A DNA stretch of 64,000 bases from a virus. Positions 56,539 through 64,000 of the stretch are shown here, one piece after another. Positions within the stretch are counted from its first letter, which is position 1; each line of letters opens with the position of its first letter. Below the pieces are notes generated by a model that was given only the letters and a program-made list of their open reading frames with translations, was not told where the DNA came from and searched no databases. A program made the position numbers and the translations under genes. Location of the stretch: positions 3,496 to 67,495 of IMG/VR virus record IMGVR_UViG_3300025536_000012. The stretch is one strand, 5' to 3'.

Positions 56539-57933
56539 ATGAACTCGGTAGAGCTTGCGGCCTTCAGCGACGAGCTGATGAAGATTGCTGCCGACAAGGA
56601 AAAACCCTTCTGGCAAAAAGCACTGCCATTTGCTGCGGCGGCCGGTGCTGGAGTCCTTGCCTACAAAGGCTTGAGGACACCATCCTTTTCCAAGAACCCG
56701 GCGTTACGGAAAGTTCAAGAGCTCGCATCTAGCAAAGGCTTCCACCGTATCGTCGACGTGACTCCTGATGGAACTGGTGGATTTCTTCGTCCTGTTGCTG
56801 ATGCTCAGGGCAAGCTCTCGCCATTGAACAAGGCCAAGCTGTTCCTGAACGAAGGAACTACAGAAGCCATTCCGATCACCTACACCCCGAACCAGGCGGG
56901 TAATTACTCCACCAAGGTTGTTGGTCAGAAAGGTCCGAGACAGGTAGAGGGTGTCGTTCATGGACGTCCTGATATTTACGGACGTGACAAGGCGGTTCGC
57001 GGAGGTGTGGATGTCGAAGGTACCCCTGAGGTGCAGAGAGCGATGACCAACCTTGCTGCGGGTGGAAAGAGGAGTGAAGCAGATCTCCTCAGCAAGCACG
57101 CCCCTGAAGCAATCCCAGAGACCTTCACGGATCTATCTCCGATGTTCAAGAAGCTCCCGAAGGATCGGCAGCAAGCCATCAACGAGCTCCGTAACAGAAT
57201 CAGAGCAGCCCATGGAGAGAATGTTCTACTGAAGCCGAACCAGGGCCTGTCTTCTGGAGGCAAATTTCCTCGATCCAATCAAGACTGGGGAGCTCAACTT
57301 CGGACCTACGACGAACACATGGCAGATCCAGTCAAGAGAAAGGCGTATCGAGCTCTGAAGGGTGAGGACAATGCTCTTGCCGATTATTCGAAAGAACATG
57401 GATTGTACGAGGGCAGTGTGCTTCACAATGCGCTCAAAGATCCGAAGTCGATGCTTGCTCAGAAGATAGTAGACAATCCAATGGGCGAGTGGAGAGTGCA
57501 TACTGTTGCAGGAGAAGCTCCGAGAGGGTTGATGACTCCCAGGTTCGCTAGCAACCCAGCAAAGACTCTAGCTGCTCGTGCCGGTGTTGGAGATGCCAGC
57601 ACCAAAGAACTCCAGCAATTCGTAGAGCAGGATATTCTACAGAAACTACCAAAAAATTATCGCGAGGGTAACTACGCCTTCGATGTCATGCCACATCGGA
57701 AGCCTGATGGCTCCATCGGGTTCAAGACCATCGAGATGAATCCAGCGGAGAGAGCGAAGAGCCAGAGTCTATCTGGTGGAGGATCGGGGTTCTTGGATAC
57801 AGCAGCCTCTCCGTTCTCTGGACTAAAACATTACCGCGCCGTAACTGGCAGACATACACCCCTAGTTGCTGGACTAGGAGCCGCCGGAGCCGCAGGCGCT
57901 ACCGGAGCAGTTACAGGGACCGTGGGCGAATGA
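56539..57933 (+). CDS. ATP-grasp superfamily ligase (RimK/GshB-like) with N-terminal extension and Gly/Ala-rich tail (464 aa)
   Basis: NVLLKPNQGLSSGGK matches the ATP-grasp P-loop-like VIKP..G.GG. EWRVHTVAGE matches the (D/E)xRV.VVGGE strand. YAFDVMPHRKPDGSIGFKTIEMNP matches the G.D......G..(V/I)E(V/M)N..P catalytic region. Confidence 0.6.
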   Translation: MNSVELAAFSDELMKIAADKEKPFWQKALPFAAAAGAGVLAYKGLRTPSFSKNPALRKVQELASSKGFHRIVDVTPDGTGGFLRPVADAQGKLSPLNKAKLFLNEGTTEAIPITYTPNQAGNYSTKVVGQKGPRQVEGVVHGRPDIYGRDKAVRGGVDVEGTPEVQRAMTNLAAGGKRSEADLLSKHAPEAIPETFTDLSPMFKKLPKDRQQAINELRNRIRAAHGENVLLKPNQGLSSGGKFPRSNQDWGAQLRTYDEHMADPVKRKAYRALKGEDNALADYSKEHGLYEGSVLHNALKDPKSMLAQKIVDNPMGEWRVHTVAGEAPRGLMTPRFASNPAKTLAARAGVGDASTKELQQFVEQDILQKLPKNYREGNYAFDVMPHRKPDGSIGFKTIEMNPAERAKSQSLSGGGSGFLDTAASPFSGLKHYRAVTGRHTPLVAGLGAAGAAGATGAVTGTVGE

Positions 57934-58393
57934 TCAGTCCTTCGTTGTTCCATCGCTTCTCGAACTGAGAGATCGAGCTCTCACGGAATAACTGACTTTT
58001 CCAACTTGGATCAGACAGGTAGACCGTGTCCTCTTTCTCGTCGATGGCGTAGACAACTCCGTAGTGATCTCCGTCCAGGCCAACCATCACTACATTGTCT
58101 GTAGCGATAGCCTTTACCAGATCTCTCCAGGACATCTTCGGTCTTCGGCCAACACGCATCCCATGAGAACGTAGGAAGCGTATGACTGGAGCCTCTGCTG
58201 TCCCGTCCGAATCCGTCTTGAGCTTCTCGTACACCTCTCTGTAGCTGACATCGACTCCGAAGAACGAAGTGATGGCATATACACAACACGGCCCGCAGGT
58301 GTACGACGTGAACTGAAACTTACGCGGAAAGTCTGCAAACCCGACGAGAGAATCTGATCTCTTATCGGGGATGCCGAGAAGTAGACCCAGCAT
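57911..58393 (-). CDS. C39-like (papain-fold) cysteine peptidase domain protein (160 aa)
   Basis: YTCGPCCVYAITSFFG matches the Peptidase_C39/C39_2 catalytic-Cys block (N.CGP..L.M.L.YYG). DGDHYGVVYAID supplies the His block. Its 3' end overlaps the ATP-grasp gene convergently by 23 nt. Confidence 0.6.
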   Translation of the reverse strand: MLGLLLGIPDKRSDSLVGFADFPRKFQFTSYTCGPCCVYAITSFFGVDVSYREVYEKLKTDSDGTAEAPVIRFLRSHGMRVGRRPKMSWRDLVKAIATDNVVMVGLDGDHYGVVYAIDEKEDTVYLSDPSWKSQLFRESSISQFEKRWNNEGLIIRPRSL

Positions 58394-58396
58394 TCT

Positions 58397-58597
58397 TCAC
58401 CACGAGTCGAGATCGGTACGATTCCTCAAGCCGTTGACCGCGGCGCCCAAGAAGAACGCCAGGACAGCGACCACCGCAACCGTCGACTTCTTGATTCCCG
58501 CCCTCACGACGATGGGATCTAGGATGATGAGCTCGACGACCTTGGGGCCGATGTTGGTAGCGATCTCGGAAGCAACCTTTGGAACTTGTGCAAGCAT
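58397..58597 (-). CDS. small membrane protein (66 aa)
   Basis: Class-B promoter, leader and SD (aggaggagggttcATG). TM segment TVAVVAVLAFFLGAAV. Confidence 0.5.
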   Translation of the reverse strand: MLAQVPKVASEIATNIGPKVVELIILDPIVVRAGIKKSTVAVVAVLAFFLGAAVNGLRNRTDLDSW

Positions 58598-58640
58598 GAA
58601 CCCTCCTCCTAAAGAATGAAGCGGAAGTGCTCCATCTAGA

Positions 58641-58649
58641 TATTATCCC
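58641..58649 (-). promoter_or_regulatory. class-B promoter-like motif GGGATAATA with conserved leader hairpin
   Basis: GGGATAATATCTAGATGGAGCACTTCCGCTTCATTCTTTAGGAGG. Confidence 0.45.
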
Positions 58650-58684
58650 TCCATATACAGGGTAATTTCAGGTAGGATTCGCGA

Positions 58685-59047
58685 ATGCCGACCAAGGTAA
58701 CAGAATCGACTGAAGAAGAAGTCAGAGACCATTACATCAAGTTTTTAGAGGGACTAGTCGATAAGGCAAAATCTGGAGAGATGGTCTTTCGAAGTATCAA
58801 CCAAGCAATGCCGTATGTGCAGGTCTATGATAACGAGACGGAGAAGTGGGAACACTTCCGCATCGGAAGTAGAACTCTGGGTTGGATCTACGAATGTCCA
58901 GCTCAGGACGAATTGGAACGAGCTCGATTAAAGCAGTTCTTGGTTGACCATCCCAAAGCAGAAGTCATCAAAGAAAAGAGTGCCGAAGATACCGCTAGAG
59001 AGTTACGCGCTTTGGTTGAAGGTAGCAAAAGAAACGGGCTCGAGTAG
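58685..59047 (+). CDS. hypothetical protein (120 aa), plus strand
   Basis: ORF divergent from the class-B promoter region. Followed by a T-rich bidirectional terminator-like sequence (ccctctgatctgttttttcg). Confidence 0.45.
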   Translation: MPTKVTESTEEEVRDHYIKFLEGLVDKAKSGEMVFRSINQAMPYVQVYDNETEKWEHFRIGSRTLGWIYECPAQDELERARLKQFLVDHPKAEVIKEKSAEDTARELRALVEGSKRNGLE

Positions 59048-59167
59048 AACCCTCTGATCTGTTTTTTCGTCCGTGCTACGCGTGCACATCCATGCGCTCA
59101 ACAGCTGTAAAGGAGCTCATACCATTGCTAGATGGCACCGACCTCTGCCAGCGATCTTCGATTTCAA

Positions 59168-59467
59168 TCAGGTTCTCATCTTGAAAAGGACGCCGGTCTC
59201 TTTGAACCTTTCGAGGGCCTTGGTGGCGTCCTCTTCCTTCTCGAAGTAGTCCGTCTCTCGAGAGTTGTAGTCGATCTCGTCACCAATGGATGGCGTTCGA
59301 TGATACTGGCTACAATCCTCGCAAGTGGAATCTCCGCATGCGAGCCACATCGTGCCGATGTAGAAGAGCCCAGAACCCTGAGATCGAATCACCTTGAACG
59401 GTCCGACGTGTGAATCGACTTTCATTACCAGTGCTTTGGCACTGAGTATTGTTTCTCCTGGAATCAT
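59168..59467 (-). CDS. hypothetical Cys-containing protein (about 100 aa)
   Basis: Strong SD gtaaggagaaagaaATG at 59467; this internal start avoids overlap with the upstream gene. Confidence 0.45.
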   Translation of the reverse strand: MIPGETILSAKALVMKVDSHVGPFKVIRSQGSGLFYIGTMWLACGDSTCEDCSQYHRTPSIGDEIDYNSRETDYFEKEEDATKALERFKETGVLFKMRT

Positions 59468-59477
59468 TTCTTTCTCC

Positions 59478-60122
59478 TTACACTTTTCTGAATACGGATA
59501 CAGACATGGGAGAATGGTTGCTTTGATATTCGAGTCCTCCCACGAATTCCAGCTTACTCTCAGAGATCTCGTCCACCGTTTTAAGAACTCCGGCCCATCG
59601 ACGATCATTGAGAGATCTACCCTTCTTAGCCCCCAGCCTTATGGTTCGTGTTCCGCTATGGTTGCGGACCTTGAGCTGTTCACGCCCACGTTCCCACGTA
59701 AGCCCAACGATTGACCCACTAATCATCTTCTCGTGGACCTCTCGCAGGCACGGAAGAACGTTGTAGGAGTTCAGGTGTCCCATGAAGTCCAGGTTGGCAA
59801 ACCCGACCTTATCGATCTGAGGAAGGGCTTCTCGTAAATTTCCAAGTCGAGCCTTTGCTCCAGGCCAATACACTCGAACTTGCTTGATGGCCTTTTGGAC
59901 GTGACGATTCTTGATATCGTTGTCAACGAACCAAGATCGTTCGGCCTCCCAACCCAAGTAGTCTCGAAGAAGTGAGACTTCCTCTCGGGGCTCGGTTCCG
60001 GCTAGCGTGATTGCATGTCCCTGTCGTGGAGCATCGACAGCGAATTTATACAAAAATAATCGCGCTGCCGTTTTGTCCTGATGGTTCCCAGGGAACGGAG
60101 ACGAGCGCAATTGTTCTTTCAT
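59478..60122 (-). CDS. hypothetical protein (214 aa)
   Basis: ORF. Confidence 0.5.
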   Translation of the reverse strand: MKEQLRSSPFPGNHQDKTAARLFLYKFAVDAPRQGHAITLAGTEPREEVSLLRDYLGWEAERSWFVDNDIKNRHVQKAIKQVRVYWPGAKARLGNLREALPQIDKVGFANLDFMGHLNSYNVLPCLREVHEKMISGSIVGLTWERGREQLKVRNHSGTRTIRLGAKKGRSLNDRRWAGVLKTVDEISESKLEFVGGLEYQSNHSPMSVSVFRKV

Positions 60123-60598
60123 ACGAGTGCCAGATACTTGAATGGGATGTGTGTCGTCGGATTCGTCTTCGTGACGTATTTAAGCTGCTTGCTGTTGATC
60201 AGCATATCGATAACTCTCCGAATGGGGTAGAAGCTCTTCTTCATTTTCTTCATGAGCTTGTGGACGGTGGCGAATTCGTCCGTCTTGACCATTTGAAGAA
60301 TAGGTTTCGTCAACTTCTCGTTGTTTGTGGCCATGATCTTCTCCCCTCGCTTCGCCTGATGCGACTTCGGCTTCTTACGTTTGACCTTCTTGTTGGCGAC
60401 GATCTTCTTGGCCTTGGGCTTGGTTGGCACAAGGGTCTCGACCTTCTTCGTGACATCGCGACCTCCGCCGGGCCCGTTTGTCAGCGCATCGAATTCGAAC
60501 TTTCCTTCAGTGAACAACCTTTGACCTTGATCCATCTTGCGAACCGCGTCGATCAGCAACTGTTGACGGTTCGTTATCTTTGACGTTTCTAACTGCAT
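60119..60598 (-). CDS. Lys-rich basic protein (about 159 aa)
   Basis: SD ggaggaaaaccacATG. KPKAKKIVANKKVKRKKPKSHQAKRGEK tract. Confidence 0.45.
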   Translation of the reverse strand: MQLETSKITNRQQLLIDAVRKMDQGQRLFTEGKFEFDALTNGPGGGRDVTKKVETLVPTKPKAKKIVANKKVKRKKPKSHQAKRGEKIMATNNEKLTKPILQMVKTDEFATVHKLMKKMKKSFYPIRRVIDMLINSKQLKYVTKTNPTTHIPFKYLALV

Positions 60599-60743
60599 GT
60601 GGTTTTCCTCCAAAGTAAGTTCCTCTTGTGATGTGAGCCCGATACGCAGCAATCACTCCTATCGAAATTGACGGGAAGTATTCCTGAATATCGTTGTTAG
60701 AGAACCCAATCTCGATCATCTCGATTAGGTCTGTTACCTCGGT
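60507..60743 (-). CDS. hypothetical protein (about 78 aa, start at MTEV; overlaps the next gene)
   Basis: GGAGATAAGC motif, then GAGGAAACC SD and ATG. Confidence 0.35.
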   Translation of the reverse strand, partial: TEVTDLIEMIEIGFSNNDIQEYFPSISIGVIAAYRAHITRGTYFGGKPHAVRNVKDNEPSTVADRRGSQDGSRSKVVH

Positions 60744-60769
60744 CATAAGAAGGGTTGGTTTCCTCACAT

Positions 60770-60779
60770 GCTTATCTCC
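60770..60779 (-). promoter_or_regulatory. promoter-like motif GGAGATAAGC (second copy GAGATAAC at 60789-60798)
   Basis: Directly downstream of terminator cassette 60799-60830. Confidence 0.45.
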
Positions 60780-60798
60780 TGCAAGTTTGTTATCTCGC

Positions 60799-60830
60799 AA
60801 AAAACGGAGGCTGTCCTCCTCTATTCTTCA
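60799..60830 (-). terminator. conserved terminator cassette
   Basis: AGAATAGAGG-AGGACAGCCTCC-GTTTTTTGC. Confidence 0.6.
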
Positions 60831-60968
60831 GCTGATTCAAATCATCCGAAAGACGTACGAGCCAATGTCCGCCAGTTCACCAGACTCGGAGTACGAACGG
60901 TATATCGAGCCGCTGTACTCAAGTACCTCGAGACCATCCTTCCCCTGCACGGGACTCCGTTCATCAAG

Positions 60969-61466
60969 TTATAGACCGCGACGCTTCCATATGCCTTGCG
61001 GCAAGTAGGTGCGATCCGAGTGAGAACAGACGCCGAGCTGACCAACAACGACAACTCCTTCGCGATAAGGAACTGCATTTTTCAGAAGCTCGTTGGAGTA
61101 GACCGGAGACGTGCCTTCGGCGCAGCTGATGGTGATGTGGAGAAGCTCGTTCTTGATTACAATCCCAGTGAAATCAATCCACGGAAATTTCACCGACACT
61201 GCTTGCGCCTTCTCGTCCTCGGCGTAACCAGTCACCTGGATCGCGAACTCTTGAGTGATCGGGCTGTTGGTCTTATTGATAAACCTGACCTGGTCTAAGT
61301 CCGGCTTGTACCAGAAGGTCACGTGGTCGGCGTAGATGTTCTGGTGCTTCGGCTTAAACACATCGAGAAGTGCTACGCGTTCCATCTCTTTTAGGAAGAC
61401 CCCCGTGTAGATGTGAAGCTTCTCCGGCAACTTCTCGAGGCTCGAAAATCCTTTGAAATTGATCAT
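60969..61466 (-). CDS. 2H phosphoesterase superfamily protein (LigT/CPDase/Acb1-like) (165 aa)
   Basis: Two H-x-T-x motifs (ADHVTFWY and LLHITISC) about 70 aa apart, the 2H-fold hallmark. Confidence 0.55.
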   Translation of the reverse strand: MINFKGFSSLEKLPEKLHIYTGVFLKEMERVALLDVFKPKHQNIYADHVTFWYKPDLDQVRFINKTNSPITQEFAIQVTGYAEDEKAQAVSVKFPWIDFTGIVIKNELLHITISCAEGTSPVYSNELLKNAVPYREGVVVVGQLGVCSHSDRTYLPQGIWKRRGL

Positions 61467-61825
61467 CAGTGAATGCTCGGATATGAGTGTTCTAGAGGAA
61501 GCAGCCTCTCGATGAGAAAGTAGCTACCATCATGCAGGTAGATGGCCAGCATTCCGGGCTCGACGTTTGGACTGAGAACACCACCCATCTGCTCTCCGAA
61601 AGCGGCCTGGATTGTGGTGATACCGTCGTCTCCGATCTTCTGTTCGAGACCGAGAATGACGAAGCCCTTGTTCAACCACAAGTATCCATCTGTGCATTCG
61701 AGATTGTGGCCAGACATTTCTTTGGCCTCTGCGAGCGTGAGATCTCGAACTCGTTTCCATGCCGGATTGTACTCGGCATCGTACTCGTCGAATGGGTTCG
61801 TACCGTGGATCTTCATGTGATTCAT
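61466..61825 (-). CDS. hypothetical protein (119 aa)
   Basis: Class-B promoter, leader and SD (ttaggaggaaacaATG). Confidence 0.5.
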   Translation of the reverse strand: MNHMKIHGTNPFDEYDAEYNPAWKRVRDLTLAEAKEMSGHNLECTDGYLWLNKGFVILGLEQKIGDDGITTIQAAFGEQMGGVLSPNVEPGMLAIYLHDGSYFLIERLLPLEHSYPSIH

Positions 61826-61863
61826 TGTTTCCTCCTAAAGCGCGAAGAAGTGCGCTCCATAAA

Positions 61864-61872
61864 GATTATCCC
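61864..61872 (-). promoter_or_regulatory. class-B promoter-like motif GGGATAATC with conserved leader hairpin
   Basis: GGGATAATCTTTATGGAGCGCACTTCTTCGCGCTTTAGGAGG. Confidence 0.45.
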
Positions 61873-61896
61873 GTCTAATGGACCTGATTTATCGAG

Positions 61897-61930
61897 CAAA
61901 GAAACGGAGCCGAGCTCCTCTGTTCTTACT
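61897..61930 (-). terminator. conserved terminator cassette
   Basis: AGAACAGAGG-AGCTCGGCTCC-GTTTCTTTGC. Confidence 0.6.
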
Positions 61931-61983
61931 ATCGGCCATTCATAGGTTCAACCGTCCACAAGAACTTTGATCGACCGTTCCTT

Positions 61984-62235
61984 CTATTCGGAGCAAGTGT
62001 CAATGCTGTCGAGTTCTTCACTTAACGGTTTCCTGGCGACTTCCAGAATCTTGTCTTCGCTGAATCCTGGTAGGAGCTTCTGTCCAAAGTCGATGGTCTG
62101 GCAGTTGCGTTCGTGCCGTAACTCGAACTGTCCATAGTTTGGAGAGAACCGAAGTGGGGCTTGGTGGAATTGCCGAAGTACTCTGAACTCCGCTTTGAAC
62201 TTCTCTTCCTCTTCTTCGGTACCCGACTCACTCAT
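61984..62235 (-). CDS. hypothetical acidic protein (83 aa)
   Basis: ORF. Confidence 0.4.
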   Translation of the reverse strand: MSESGTEEEEEKFKAEFRVLRQFHQAPLRFSPNYGQFELRHERNCQTIDFGQKLLPGFSEDKILEVARKPLSEELDSIDTCSE

Positions 62236-62370
62236 GTCTCTGGCCCCGGACGTCGATATCCAGACATTGCGAATGGGGCATCTTTGATGTCAATGAACTC
62301 TGGAAGGTCGAAGGGTTTCTTCCCTTCCCGAACCCAGCTATACAGATGTTCGAGGAACGGTTCGAACATT
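62233..62370 (-). CDS. small hypothetical protein (about 45 aa, below cutoff)
   Basis: In-frame ATG to TGA; ATGA overlap with the next gene. Confidence 0.25.
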
Positions 62371-62391
62371 GGACACACCCAGATACGGTGC

Positions 62392-62616
62392 TTATTGAGA
62401 TCGGCCCCCTACGTGCCCACCAAGCTTGAACCAAGCTCCTTCTCCAGTCTGAAGGTCGAAGACTAATATGTGCTCTGGTCCCCAACCACGTCCTCGAATC
62501 AGAAAGCCCTCGTCGATCTTGGAGCGGTACGCGAGCTCTTCTTCAGTGAACTCTCCGAGAAGGAACTTGCCCCAGTTGAGCTCGTTGTTCGTGACTTCGA
62601 TGATCTTGGTCTTCAT
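62392..62616 (-). CDS. hypothetical protein (74 aa)
   Basis: ORF. Confidence 0.4.
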   Translation of the reverse strand: MKTKIIEVTNNELNWGKFLLGEFTEEELAYRSKIDEGFLIRGRGWGPEHILVFDLQTGEGAWFKLGGHVGGRSQ

Positions 62617-62927
62617 CCGTCCACCGCCTCAATCTCGCTGACTTCGAAAGCGAGCGCATCTCCGTGGGCGTACCCAACGTCAAGAACTGGATCGTTGTCG
62701 AGGACTCCCTCGAGCTCGCCGCTCTTGTTGATCTTGTTGACCTTATCGACCTTGACCCACATGTGCTCGGTGTTTGTTCCGTCCTTGGTCTTGAAGCCGA
62801 GCTTGACGAACTTTCCGAGGAAGGTCTTTGGATCTTGTCCGGCGAACTTACCGGGTTTCGGTGCATGCTCAGAACAGACGTGCCCGAAGTTGCGCGGTGA
62901 TTCGCTATTACCGCCCTTCGCACTCAC
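62613..62927 (-). CDS. hypothetical protein (104 aa)
   Basis: ORF; ATGA overlap. Confidence 0.45.
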   Translation of the reverse strand: MSAKGGNSESPRNFGHVCSEHAPKPGKFAGQDPKTFLGKFVKLGFKTKDGTNTEHMWVKVDKVNKINKSGELEGVLDNDPVLDVGYAHGDALAFEVSEIEAVDG

Positions 62928-63193
62928 ACAGCAACCTTTGCTGCTTCAATAAGCGTAGCTTCGGTGATCTCGGAGTTGATGTTCTTGAGCTCTTGGCACT
63001 CCTTGCAGTACTTCTTGGGTGCGTCGGTATAGCTCTCTCCTTTCACGTCGGATTGGTGTCCGCAGATCCGACAGTAGAAGTACATCGGAGATCCGGCTGG
63101 CAAGCGACCATTGTCGATTTGCTCGGGTCGGTTCTCGATACGATTGCGCATGCGAAGAAGTGCTTGTTTGTCTTTGATGTCAGCAACGGCCAT
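62924..63193 (-). CDS. zinc-ribbon protein (89 aa)
   Basis: GGGATAAGCAACTGGAGGGCATATG upstream. CRICGH...CKEC. Confidence 0.5.
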   Translation of the reverse strand: MAVADIKDKQALLRMRNRIENRPEQIDNGRLPAGSPMYFYCRICGHQSDVKGESYTDAPKKYCKECQELKNINSEITEATLIEAAKVAV

Positions 63194-63206
63194 ATGCCCT
63201 CCAGTT

Positions 63207-63215
63207 GCTTATCCC
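63207..63215 (-). promoter_or_regulatory. promoter-like motif GGGATAAGC
   Basis: Downstream of terminator 63216-63246. Confidence 0.45.
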
Positions 63216-63246
63216 AGCAAAAAAACGGGTCGATGACCCTCTATTC
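63216..63246 (-). terminator. conserved terminator cassette
   Basis: AGAATAGAGG-GTCATCGACCC-GTTTTTTTGC. Confidence 0.65.
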
Positions 63247-63370
63247 TTTTGTTTCGCAGATCGATCCCCAGCACACAGAGGCTTCGAAATCCCAAACCGG
63301 TCTTAGTTCGACACGATTTACCATCACAACATCAGCCACGAACGGATCTCTTCCGGATCGCGACCAGCGT

Positions 63371-63628
63371 TCAACCAGAACGAGCAGACGGTGGCTCCGC
63401 CCTTTTGATATCGTCGTCAGACATAAACCATTCGATGGCCATCATAACCTTCGTTTGGTGTAGAGATGGGGGAATGTGCTCGACCTGAACGTCATGGAAC
63501 GCGAGATGTTGAAGGCGATTGATCAATCGCATCTTCTTCGTCAACGAGGTCCATCCCTTCCAACAACGATCGCATGCGCATTCATCGTGACAAGGCGCCT
63601 CTTCGTCTACAGCCTGCCCTTCGTTCAT
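63371..63628 (-). CDS. Cys/His-rich small protein (85 aa)
   Basis: CHDECACDRCW motif. Confidence 0.4.
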   Translation of the reverse strand: MNEGQAVDEEAPCHDECACDRCWKGWTSLTKKMRLINRLQHLAFHDVQVEHIPPSLHQTKVMMAIEWFMSDDDIKRAEPPSARSG

Positions 63629-63792
63629 TTGGTCTTCACCCGCATGAGCTCGATGTTGGCGATGGCGACCTTCAGTAGCGCGATGTGTTGCGGATAGGTC
63701 TTCGGTTTCTTCTTCCGAGTCTCCATCGACCCATGAACCTTCTTGAGAAGAACCTCTGTAATGCCTAGAAGCATATCTTCAACTTCCGTCAT
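63625..63792 (-). CDS. small hypothetical protein (55 aa, below cutoff)
   Basis: GGAGATAAGGGCGTAGGAGGGAAATTTATG upstream; ATGA overlap with the next gene. Confidence 0.35.
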   Translation of the reverse strand: MTEVEDMLLGITEVLLKKVHGSMETRKKKPKTYPQHIALLKVAIANIELMRVKTK

Positions 63793-63810
63793 AAATTTCC
63801 CTCCTACGCC

Positions 63811-63819
63811 CTTATCTCC
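63811..63819 (-). promoter_or_regulatory. promoter-like motif GGAGATAAG
   Basis: Downstream of terminator 63829-63862. Confidence 0.45.
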
Positions 63820-63828
63820 ACAACAGAA

Positions 63829-63862
63829 GGCAAAAATCGGGCATAGCCCTCTGATCTATTTT
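63829..63862 (-). terminator. conserved terminator cassette
   Basis: AGATCAGAGG-GCTATGCCC-GATTTTTGCC. Confidence 0.55.
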
Positions 63863-64000
63863 TCCGCCAGCCGCTCGATAACGAAAACCAAACCTCTGAG
63901 CAGCAAAACGATCTGCTTGAGATTCAATACTCGCACTCGCAATACTCAGCAAGTTCGATCGTACCATTCGGACCTATCTACCCTCCTTGCGAAGTGCCAT

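Noticed and set aside
62228-62485. 85-aa minus ORF overlapping the 61984-62235 and 62392-62616 genes.
   Set aside because: Low-complexity Ser/Arg-rich frame. A better 45-aa ORF (62233-62370) with ATGA coupling occupies the gap.
63860-64000. Partial minus-strand gene at the right window edge.
   Set aside because: All three minus frames contain stops between 63940 and 64000. The stretch looks like a non-coding 3' or intergenic region (it contains the small AATACTCGCACTCGCAATACTC repeat).

Overview
This 64-kb window looks like part of a large tailed dsDNA phage genome (myovirus-like) rather than bacterial chromosome. Genes are densely packed, strongly strand-polarised and preceded by Shine-Dalgarno sequences. 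Positions 1-15.2 kb carry a plus-strand virion module: a putative capsid protein, Gly/Ala-rich proteins, a 1240-aa tail-sheath-like protein, Ig-like and tube-like proteins. This module ends in a clean rho-independent terminator and three small membrane proteins. Positions 15.4-63.8 kb are almost entirely minus-strand and hold about 90 mostly small early or auxiliary genes. These genes are punctuated by at least 18 copies of a conserved promoter-like motif (GGGATAAG or GGGATAAT on the coding strand). The motif is usually preceded by a conserved terminator cassette (AGAAyAGAGG, a GC hairpin, then GTTTTT), and several genes appear to be leaderless. Recognisable genes include a bacterial-type GyrB/ParE, a CobS-like AAA+ and CobT-like VWA pair, a collagen-repeat lipoprotein, a MazG-ASCH fusion, a stand-alone response-regulator receiver domain, a PGRP-type amidase endolysin, an SLT-like transglycosylase, a RyR-domain protein, a histone H1-like protein, a 2H phosphoesterase and many zinc-ribbon proteins. 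The most striking gene is a full-length (875 aa) homolog of the eukaryotic major vault protein, with shoulder and cap-helix regions. It sits in a four-gene operon bounded by the phage promoter and terminator. Other notable loci are family-A DNA polymerase fragments in non-collinear, frameshifted order; a plus-strand ATP-grasp ligase convergent with a C39-like peptidase; and a ~670-bp largely non-coding stretch with nested promoters, terminators and a 29-aa ORF. No tRNA, rRNA or CRISPR array was found by eye. All functional calls rest on motif recognition from the translated ORFs, not on database searches.
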